DNA of 39,708 bases from Macrostomum lignano (Eukaryota): the NCBI GenBank assembly GCA_002269645.1, contig NIVC01001807.1, positions 1 through 39,708 of the forward strand, given 5' to 3'. Within the stretch, counting starts at the first letter, position 1. The number at the start of each line of letters is the position of its first letter. Below the pieces are notes generated by a model. The model was not told where the DNA came from and ran no database searches. It saw nothing but the letters and a program-made list of their open reading frames with translations. The translations under genes were made by a program, and so were the position numbers. Of the stretch, positions 10,781 to 21,123 are shown piece by piece.

Positions 10781-12765
10781 GTAGGCTGGGTGTTTGATTA
10801 GCAGTCCGACTGGGGGCGCTGGGAGGCTCCCTAATTGCAGTCAGAACCCCCACCCCAAGTCGCAGACCCCACAAAGTCTCCGCTCGTAATTATATTTACA
10901 GTCTGGTCCGTTTAATCAGGCGCGGTTTAATTAGGTCACTTAATTATAGTTAATTATTTACATGTATTATTATATTGCAGGTTGTCGTGTGAAGAAAGAA
11001 CAAACTATATGACTTATACTTTGCTGACTCATGCATTGTAATAGCATAACAAAAATAATGTTTCATTTTTTGTCCACTATGAGTCGTATTTTATTAATTG
11101 CACTTAAAACGAAAATTGGGTAAAAAATCTATAAAAACATGCAATGATATGAAGCAGACAACAAAATCTGTTACTGATTTGATCCATCTCACATGAATAC
11201 AATTTACATGTCTCTGTATGTGCATATATGTAAATGTAGTTTAACAGTTGCATCGCATAATCTAACCGCTGAATTCATGTATTCAACGAGGGGGCGCCAC
11301 TATCAGAGGGGCGTCTAGAGAGGACGCCATCGTGGGGGCGCCAAGCGGGCGGCAAATCAATTTCGGCCCAGCCCATCTGGGGGCGACTTTCATCGTGTCA
11401 TGCTGTCGCTATTATTCAACTCTGCGGAATCATTATCAGATATTTAATAAGGCTACTAAAAATACATGAGACAATGTGTTTGTGCATATGGTTTTGGAGG
11501 TAGACAGTGATAAATATTTTTTCACGAGTAGCGAAGCCTCTAGTGGCTCTAACATGCATGGCTACGCCCCTGCCGCTGCTAGTATCGCGGACACCATTTT
11601 AGTTCTTTAGACACTACAGTAATTTGGTATCAATAGATGGCCCGACACTATACTTGGGACCAAAGAGTACCAAGCTAAACAACCCCGATTTACCGGACAG
11701 AAATCTTCAACCCATTTTGGACCATAGACAGCAGGGTTTATTTTTAGAACGGCTGATAGAATTACCATGTAGATGACAACAGTAACATCAAGCTGCGTAT
11801 AATGGTGTTATAAAGAAGACGCGTCTCTGACTCTCGTGTAACGTGAACTCAGCCAACTATGAAGTATACATGTACTTCTTGACGAGTTGGTCCTGTCATT
11901 GGGTCTGTCAGTTAAAGGTACATGTACAGTTGTTAAAGGGCCGACCAGCTGTTGAGACTGGCCTGTCACGGCTCCTGCGGTGGCTTTCTGACACTATTGA
12001 TTGGTGGAATTGAGACGGTTACTCCTGTTCAACCGATAATCATGCAGCAGCTTCGAGGTCGGCAAGATCTTCAAGCAAATTTTCCAATTCTGGATCAAAA
12101 GCGTATATATATATAGCTGCATGCATCCAACGCCAGGACCTGCGAATCCAGTCCATTGCATTGTTCGCTATAGTTCACCACTGCTTTTGCCATGCAAAGA
12201 AAGAAAATGAAGTCCATCTCTTAATTGCGAAGCAACAAGCCGCTGATACAACCCAAGTATGGATTTGATGCTGAGCAGAGAGGCATAGCAATTTGCGTCG
12301 AACAAACAGCGCACAGAGAATACATGTATTGACTCTGAATCACTCGATCCCGTGGATGAAAGAATACGTGTATAACATGGATTGAATGATTCCTGCACGG
12401 TCCCGAGTGCGGGAATGACATCTGCACGAGTGCGCGCTAGCGCACGAGTTCACGATGTCCTTCACGCACGAGTGAACGTGAAGGCATCCCATTGTCGGAT
12501 GATTCATCGTGCAGGAATGCACAAAACCGTGCAGGAATGCATTTCTGCGCCTAACGCTTTTTCAGTGAGATTTTACCATAGACATCCATTCCTGCACGCA
12601 AGAGTGCAGGAATGTCATTCTTGCATGGAAAATCAGCCGACAATGGCTATGAGTGCACCAATGTTTTGACCGAGGGCGCGCAGCGCAGCGCCCGAGGTCA
12701 AATACATTTGGTGCACGATATAGCCATTCTCCACTGGCATTGTATTATTTTGGGCGCCTATTACC

Positions 12766-12849
12766 CATAGACATTTGGAGCGTGCAACAATAAAGTAGTC
12801 TGAGCGTGCAACAATACTTCAATGTTGCACGCTCCAAATATGTCTATGG
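12766..12849. mobile_element. Tiny inverted-repeat element (MITE-like) with CCATAGAC...GTCTATGG ends
   Basis: ccatagacatttggagcgtgcaaca (12766-12789) is nearly the reverse complement of tgttgcacgctccaaatatgtctatgg (12823-12849). No clear TSD. Confidence 0.7.
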
Positions 12850-12939
12850 CCCAAAGATCTGGGCAGTTTAGAGCAGTGAAGAGACGGGCCAAGCCAAGCC
12901 AAGCGAGGTCAGCGAGTTTGCGGCCAAAAAGCTGTCATC

Positions 12940-13341
12940 ATGATTTACGAAGCATCAACGGGCGAGCCTATTGGATTGCTGCATATGTCGCAAGATGTCG
13001 TTGGTTTGTCGTCTTCTGAGATTGGCGAGCGAATCCGGCGGGAGGCGACTATGCAAGGCATGCTGGACGATCTGGCTCAGTTGGATGTGAATGAAATCGA
13101 GGCGCTGTTAGCTGGTCAAGATCCGGAACGAGACTTGCTCAGGGAGATGGATGTAATGCAACTCGACACTACGCCCAAGTCAGTTCTGTTGCAAGAAAAG
13201 TGGGCACTTCGTAAGTTCAACGAGGTGCTTTCAAGCAAGGAACTACGCCTGCGATCTGAATACAGCCGATATCGAACAGTTATAGTCACTGGCTTGCGAA
13301 TCTTCTATGCTTTTTCTATAATTTCTATATGCTTTTTATAA
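12940..13341 (+). pseudogene. Orphan ORF/fragment (133 aa) whose core weakly resembles the N-terminal region of Crypton/DUF3504-type tyrosine-recombinase proteins
   Basis: Balanced codon composition to ~13290. LDVNEIEALL...TTPKS...EKWALRKFNE recalls the EEEIxxLL...PKNTxxxTKWAVxxFxxW motif (from memory, not aligned). The last ~20 aa run into AT-rich sequence. Flanked by CCATAGAC elements. Confidence 0.35.
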
Positions 13342-13428
13342 TGTTACAAACTTGTTTTTTCATATTAAGTTTTTATGTTACAACTGCTAAATATAGCATT
13401 AAATAGTTAGCTCAGACGTTGGCTTCGG

Positions 13429-13539
13429 CCATAGACATTCAAAGCGTGCAACAATCTGGCTTGATTGCTATACCCCCCCCTAAAAACCCCTCCAAAATGA
13501 TACAATGAGCATTCTCTACTACATCATTGTAGTCTATGG
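13429..13539. mobile_element. Second CCATAGAC...GTCTATGG element
   Basis: The left end ccatagacattcaaagcgtgcaacaa matches the 12766 copy; the right end is gtctatgg at ~13532-13539. Confidence 0.55.
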
Positions 13540-14802
13540 CTGTCATTTAACTGGCCAGGCCAAGAAATTAGTAGTTTCATCGACCGGGCCATATTAAACG
13601 CCTAAGGTAAAATTCAGAACAGTATTTTATCATAACGATTCCACTGAACTTAGCACATTGAGCTTTACTTGATTTAGCCACAAGCGGTAAAGAAAGAGCC
13701 TATAGGCTCTTCATATTCGTAGATTCGTAGATTAACGACATTTATTAGGATTTGGGATTTTGGATTCTAGTTATATTGGCTCATGTTAGCTTAGCACTTT
13801 TTGCTTGAGACCTCGTGTGCATGCATGGCACTACAAGTTTGTGTTGTCTCTTTGCATGGCAGTGATTTTGTATCCCACAACACTGATTTAATTTAGCACT
13901 TAAACTGACTTTTAGCATTGTGTTTCTGACGGCTGACACGACACAAATTCTGTACCCCCTGATACTAAATTCGGTAAAACTAAGAATTATTCCGAATCTC
14001 TGGCACTCATTTCTTATCCATGTCACTATAGGTTTGTGACACTGACACTACTGTGCAAGCAATTCTGAATCACTGACACTCCAGGATTCCTAACACTGAC
14101 AATAATTTCTCAATTCAGACTCCGGCATACCTAAACTACATATTTGCAATTTAGCCCTGGCAAGAGGTACCGCTGACCGAAGTACGGTTAAAAACACATG
14201 ATTTTTCAGAGACAGTTGTCAAAAGCAGTTCTAGTATTGCAACAAGCGCTGATCAGACGGGTTGATTTTTTATTTCATTAAATACGGCCAGCAAATTCGT
14301 CAGTTCAATCAAACAAAGTCAAAGAAAAGAAAAGCCAAGAAGAGGAAGCAGAAGAACAAACCAAATGACTGCAAACCGATTGCGGGAAACAAAAGACAAT
14401 TTAAATCAACTAAATAGGATGAATTGACGCCAACTTAGCCTTGTTTTAATATTCAGAAGAGCAATGCCAAAAATGAATGAAATTCCAAGTCGGTGGCACG
14501 CAGGAATAATTTTTTATGACGATACAGAGAAATTAAAAAAAAGCGGAGCTCACTGGTCAGCTGGACTGAAGAAAAGCGCGGGAGAAACAAGAAAAAACAC
14601 AAAAATGAGCAATTGACCGCCATTTCTATCGCTGACGGACTGCAAAGGTCAGTAAATATCATCCAGCCAAGCAGACCTGGGGCTCTTTAACTCTTCACCA
14701 AAGCCCTATTTGGCAGACAACTGTTGATTCAGTTTTTCAGCCTAAACATAATTAATAACCAATATATTTAATAGGACAGTATTGAGAACACGTTTCATAG
14801 CT

Positions 14803-14808
14803 TTTATT
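14803..14808 (-). terminator. Candidate AATAAA for the cyclophilin gene
   Basis: tttatt on + about 200 nt past the stop codon. Confidence 0.45.
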
Positions 14809-15005
14809 GTCAAAATATTTCCCTTACATTTCTACTATTAGTAGAGTAATCAAATGAAAGTTATAATTTTTATAGCTACACGAAATTGATCCCTTCGGTA
14901 AAAACTCGCCTGTCTCAGTGTGTAAACCTGAACTTCATACAGCCTACAGTTGTCTGCAAATGGGGGCAAAGAGTTGCTGCTTCAGGCTCTTCAGCCAGGA
15001 GCTGT

Positions 15006-15195
15006 TTAGCTGGCGGGCGCGGCCTCCACTTCGAAGGGGGCGTCCACCGGCAGGGAGCCGCTGTCTCTGATGACCACCGGCTGCTTCGGCCGGTCCTGGC
15101 CGTCCGTCTGCGAGTTCTCAATGGCCCTGACAACGCTCATGCCCTCCAGAACTTTGCCGAAGACCACGTGGCGCCCGTTGAGCCAGTCGGTGCGC

Positions 15196-15227
<32 letters not shown>

Positions 15228-15951
15228 GTCGGGCCCGGCGTTGGCCATGGAGCACCAGCCGGCGCCGTAGTGGTTCAGCTTGAAGTTCTCGTCCGGGAAT
15301 CGCTCACCGTAGATGGACTTGCCGCCGGTGCCGTCGCCGCGGGTGAAGTCGCCGCCCTGGATCATGAAGTCCTTGATGACCCGGTGGAACTTGGAGCCCT
15401 TGTAGGCGAGCTTCTCGCCTGACTTGGCCTCGAAGCCCTCGGCGAGGGACTTGAAGTTGCGCACGGTGTCCGGGACAGTCTCGCCGAAGAGGCCAATCAC
15501 GATGCGGCCGGCATCCTTGTCGCCGATGCTGATGTCAAAGTACACCTGTGGGAGAGCACCAGAGGCGAGGTCTCAGCCCCATATCTAACGAGCGTATAAG
15601 CGATACCGGATTTTAATCAGTGAAATTTTTTATGTGATTATCATGCAAAAATAAAACTATTGATATGCTAGTGACTTGTCTTCATTAAACAATCCAAAAC
15701 TTCAAGTGAGCAAAACAAAAGAAATTTTATAAAAATAAGATACAATATAAATCTTACAAGTATAAATAAAAAACAGTGCATTAACAAATATAATCATAGT
15801 TCAATTATTTCATTTTAAAATTACTCTATTGCTCATTAAAGGAAAGCTAAGGTTAGGCTTATGATTAATATATCTAGTAAAATACAATAGTTACACTTAG
15901 TAGTAAGCACTAGGAAAGAGAATAAGCTATAAGTAATAATATAAGTATATA

Positions 15952-15989
<38 letters not shown>

Positions 15990-18719
15990 TAATAATATAA
16001 GTATAAGCTATAAGTATTAAGTAATAAGCTAGTCAAAGTAGCAACTTTAGTGAGAAGCTAAGCAGCTTCTCTAATTCCCTTGAAACTATAAATGATAACT
16101 TTTACCATGACAAAGGCTAAAGTAAAAATAAAATTACTCAAGTTGTTTTATAATTTATATCTTTTCCCTCAATTTTAGCCTATGGCATAGGCAAGGCAAT
16201 GCAATGGTACAAAGTTCCAACTTTGACCTTTTATTTGAAATAAGCAGGATTAGATATGAAAACCAAAAAGGTATATAAAAAGGGACTACTTTGACTTGAA
16301 ATAGATTTATAGGGAACTAATTAATTTGGTGACAGTTGGAAAACTGTCAGAGAACTAACAAACTGGCGGAGAACTGGCCAAAAAGTGACCTGGCAAGCTA
16401 CACTAGGGAGTCCTCTTCTATTACAACAATGCACCAACCCACACTTCCTGGCTCTGTTGCAAAGCTCTATAAGAATTTTGCTGGGAAATCCTTCAGCATC
16501 CTCCATATACCCCTGATTTGGCTCTTCCAGACTTCTTCCTCTTCCCAAAGTTAAAGGAGGCCATCAAGGGAGTCTGATATGAGGGCAAAAAAGTGGCTAA
16601 GAGGGCCACTACACAGTGGCTTGCTGCGTAGCCTCCTGCATTCTATAGTAATAGGCTAGTGAGATGGCAACACTGCATGGAAAAGTGTTTAACTATGGAG
16701 GGGGATATAGTAGTGATGGACCGAATGTAGATTTTTGCAAGTTGCTGAAACCGAATCCGAATGTACAAAAAAATTCCGAATCCAAATGTGTTTCCGAATG
16801 TAGACAAAAGTAAAAGGTACACGACAGGAGTAAATATAACACCTTTTAGTGACAAAAATGCCTCGTCATCTAATTAGTAATCGTATTAGCGCTGTACATT
16901 AATTTACTGATAAGATTCAATCTAATCTCGGGCTTATACCATATCTATCTAGTATCTGAATTAAATTAAACTAGACTTAAACTCAATACTTATATATCTA
17001 ATCTAACTAATTCCAATTACTAATACTAACTGACATTACATTATGTTTGTGTAGTACACCTTAATTTTGTAATTTAAATTGGTGCCAACTCGAGGTGGGT
17101 GTTAAGTAAAGCAAAGTAATCGCATTGCAATGTATTAATACTCGTATATTTTAATTTCACTCAATACTTTATATTCAAAACTTTATATCAGTTGAATTTC
17201 ATCACCTTAGCTCGATGGTAAGTCCAATAAATGCTGAATCATGGCTCGAACTGTTACTGGCTATGCTTTAGAGTGTGCCTTGTAAGCGGTGAGCTGTGCA
17301 AGCGCGTGATTGGCCAGTAAAGGCTCAAAGTCAAATTTGGTGTCCTGCCTCCGTTCTTGCTACATTTGTGCAATTTGATATGATAACTAAGTTACTGTGT
17401 ATAATTTAGTGCACGTAAAGTCTGTTGCATTTGCATTTTGAAAAAAAGTGATGATTACACTTAAACAATGATTACTGCAATTAAATGTTTCTGCAACTTT
17501 AGGTTGAATGCCTCAAAGGTTCCAAAGTTAAGTAACTTTACTTAATAACACTTTTTTGTAATATACGTTATTGCAAAAACAGACAATTGTAAAAATGAAC
17601 AATATTACATTAAATTTTGCGTTCTCGTTTTCTAATGGACTTTCTTTTCAAAAAGTTGTATTTCTTTTACGTTAGTATAATTTTATTTTGAATTTTTGAT
17701 TTTTTCATATTCGGAAGCACATTCGGAAATTCAGAAAATAAAATTTCCGAATCCGAAACATTCAGATTTCTAAAAAAGTGAGACTTTTTTTTGGATTCGG
17801 AATCCGAATCTGAATATTTGGATCCATCACTAGGATGTAGAAAAGTAATTTTTTATTTAAAAGAAAATGCTTGCCATAACAAAATTATCATTTTGACTTT
17901 TGACTCTTTGACTGACCCTTGTATCTATACAATAGTACATTATGATTTCAACTTTATATAAAAGGTGGGTATACTACAAAAAATTCATAGTATAGATATG
18001 GAATACTAAAAAGATTAATTTAACAAATTGGGCAATCCTCTAGTTTTGTATGTTTAATTATTTTTCCAATTTAATGAATTTTGAACAAAGTTTTAATAAA
18101 GTTGAACAAAGTTAAGGAGTTTGTTATGTCAAGTTATTGCTCAAGATTGACAATCAAGATTGCTTAGGAAAGCAAGACAAGAAATCTCTCAGAATCCAGT
18201 CTGTCTTATCTCAGTCCTTTTTAAAAAACAGAAAGAATTGCAGGTTTCCCCCATAGATATAGACTAAAACTAAAAGCCATAGACATAGCCTTTAGCTTTC
18301 TCAAACTAATAACCATAGACATATAATTGATGTTTACCATGTCACTGCCACTGCTATGTCTTACAATTGCGCCAGACTCCAGATGGTATACATGTATGCC
18401 AGAAAATTCTGCTAGCTGCTAGGCTAGGGCTAGGGGCTAGGGCTAGGGAAAAACGCTAGGCTAATCTAGTCTTTTTTATAGGTTTTAGGCCTAGGCCCCT
18501 ATTGTGCGATAGGATGGTATTTAACATCGTGAAATTCCAGATAGCATCCTGAAATTGGTCTTTGGGTGCGATTTCGCATGCTAGCGTCAGCGAAAAAAAC
18601 TCAGCTTGCAATAAGAGAATAGAAAAAAATTCATGCCTTACCTTATCAGTGACTTTAGGTTTCACAGCAGCTACAAATCCGAAAACAGTGAAGATGGTGA
18701 GAATAGCAAGTCTCTTCAT
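15006..18719 (-). CDS. PPIB: Cyclophilin B-type peptidyl-prolyl cis-trans isomerase (secretory pathway), ~205 aa; exons 18719-18642 and 15545-15006
   Basis: Exon 1 encodes a signal peptide + KPKVTDK with donor AAG|gtaagg. Exon 2 after ctcccacag| encodes VYFDISIG...[28 protein letters not shown]...[29 protein letters not shown], a complete cyclophilin active site. The joined KVTDK|VYFD is characteristic of PPIB/PPIC. Confidence 0.95.
15945..16005. repeat. (TAA)n microsatellite in the cyclophilin intron
   Basis: taataataat... run, read directly. Confidence 0.85.
16340..17921 (+). mobile_element. 5'-truncated mariner (DD34D) remnant, interrupted by a hAT-like insertion
   Basis: The + strand encodes NAPTHTS...[30 protein letters not shown] (with stops) and ...[10 protein letters not shown], resuming as ..VEK* after the insert (17833-17850). 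The 3' TIR-like tttgactgacccttg|TA is at ~17907-17923. Confidence 0.85.
16711..17832. mobile_element. Non-autonomous hAT-like element (1122 bp) with 8-bp TSD
   Basis: Ends tagtgatgga / tccatcacta; flanks ggatatag (16703-16710) and ggatgtag (17833-17840), a 7/8 match. Clusters of subterminal ccgaat/attcgg repeats at both ends, AT-rich interior with no transposase seen. Confidence 0.85.
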
Positions 18720-20708
18720 AACTGTACTTAAAAGTTGGATATTGGATTTAAGGTTCAATCTATTGTAAATAAAAGATTTATAAAGTGAAACACGAATTCA
18801 GCTCTTTGTCGTTTATAACTTCAGGAAATTAGCTTATCTTTCAATTTAAATCGGTGCCTCAGTGTCATTTAGTGACAGTCAACAGTTTTAACGTAATTAA
18901 CTCTAATAATTAAGTCTTATCAAATAGTTTAATAAAGTTAAAATAGATTGAAGCAAGAGCTAAGAAATACTTCGAGCAAAGTTGTAAAGCCCTATCAATT
19001 TTTAATTTATATTATTCGCGAGGTAATTAGTGTAAACCGAACATTGTCTTCATGTATTTTTAATCACGAGTTCGGCCGCGGCCGCGAGAATTGAATTCAA
19101 TGGCATAGAGAAATGATGATAATCATTAGTGCAAGGGAATGAAGTTAGTTAAGTCACAAGCCAGTGTGCAGTCATTTCTGAATTTCTGTTGGCCAGAGGT
19201 TTCATGACTTGTCTAACTTGTCTATTTACTCAAGAACCACTGTATGCCTTTACTACGCCCCTGTGTGAATGCGAAGAATCCCTAATTATCGACAAGTGTG
19301 GAACAAATTTAAATTACAGTGCTGATTATGCATTCTTTTAAAAAATTGAACATTGCTTATGCGACTAGCTTGACTAGATGCAGCTTGCAAATGAATTTTA
19401 GATGTACGAAGGTTACTACAGTATACGGATACCCTTGGTTTATACGGACTCATACGAGAGAATAAGGTTAGGTAGGGCATTTTAATTTTTGAAGGATAAC
19501 AGGTCAAATAACAGTTGATTTACTTTAAAATTGGAGCTCAGTTCACGGCTGTCAATACCGAGCAACAGGTAGCTAGCAGCTAAGTGCAGCATGTAGCTCA
19601 GCTAAATGCACAAATATTTGTAAGTATGCTCATAAAATACATTTCAAGGTGGCAAACACCAAAAAGGATTCGGCGCATAAGTCGCAATATTTTATCCAGT
19701 TTAATGCGGAGTGAGAGAAAATTCACACCAGTCGAAGATTTTATTTTTGATTTAAATTAAAACAGTGAGCAGTGCAGACACAACTACATATGAAAAATGT
19801 CACGCACTATAAGCAACACGGCAAATGTAATGTCAGCAATAAAAGTTATAAATAAATTAGAATTTCGATTTTAAGGCAGCCGCAATAAACAGTGTATAAA
19901 AATGACAAAAGATCAGTTCTCAGGATTGGATGCCGAAGAGCAAATCATACTTCGCAGGTGAATAAATATGTACGTTAGCCGATATTGTTTGTCAGCAATA
20001 AAACATTTAATTGTCAAAGCATATTTATACAATGCAAAAAACACAGCTAGCTTGCATAACCTACGCATAGTCTTTCTATACTACTGTCAGTACTGAACCG
20101 CAAAGTAACGGCAGATTTGGTTTTGGCCAGAAATTAAAGAAATGTACAAAATCAGCCAATAAGAAATGTACTCTTAGCTGGGGAGAATTTAGTGAAACTC
20201 TGGGAGCAATTACTGTATTTTTAATACACATATGAATACAATATATGTAAACACAAGAATTAGTAACACAGTTACTGTTTTGTAGAAAAAGGGAACGTTA
20301 AAAAGAAATTATAGAAATTTTGGCATCATTCCTTCAAACCTCCCGTAGGTCCAGACATCTAAAAAGAGCGGAAATGTATAGACAGAAGCCTGCGGTGTGG
20401 AAGCACTTAGATCTAACCTGCTGATTATAGCGCTGCAGTTAATGAGGAAACTAATTAACTAGCTATTCAACATATAAAAACCAGTTGCTTTGCTTAAAAT
20501 TTAATAATCGAGTCAAATTAGTAGTGCGAAGACTTATGAAATAGCAAAGTGAAGCATGATTACTAATTATTAATTAATAAGCTATTTTCCATACGGCCTG
20601 CGGCCAACACAGGGGAATTTTATACGGTAGGCGGCTAAACTGCCAGGGACAGAAATATTTGGGGCGTCGAGTTCGCTGTCGGGGGTGTCAATTTTTTTTC
20701 GCCAAAGA

Positions 20709-21016
20709 CTCGGTTGCTAGGGAAGCAAAGTTTGGTTGCCAGGTGAACTAATTCAGTTTCCAGAGATACCGATCCGGGTTGTTAGGGGCACCAACTCGGT
20801 TGCTAGGGCTGCAACTTGGTTGCTAGGGGTGAAACTCGGTTGCTAGGGCTGCTAGTGCCCGAGACGCCCATGCAGAGATGTGTCGTCAAGGGTGCCCAGG
20901 TTGTTTCTATGGATGCCAATATGATCGCTGGGGATATAAATATGGTTACTAAGGACGCCAATTGGTTGCTAGGGTATTTGAATGAGTGCCAGGACTGCTA
21001 ATTCGGTTGCTAGGGG
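20709..21016. repeat. Cluster of GGTTGCTAGGG motifs (6 exact + variants)
   Basis: Exact copies near 20712, 20798, 20818, 20838, 20964 and 21005, with irregular spacing. Confidence 0.7.
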
Positions 21017-21123
21017 AGGTAAGCTCCTGCGTAAGCCGCGCAACTGAAGACAGATAGGCGACAATAAAGCGCAAGCCATGGGAATGTAAGCAGTTAGGTG
21101 ACTCAAATCCAGTGCTAGGAGCC

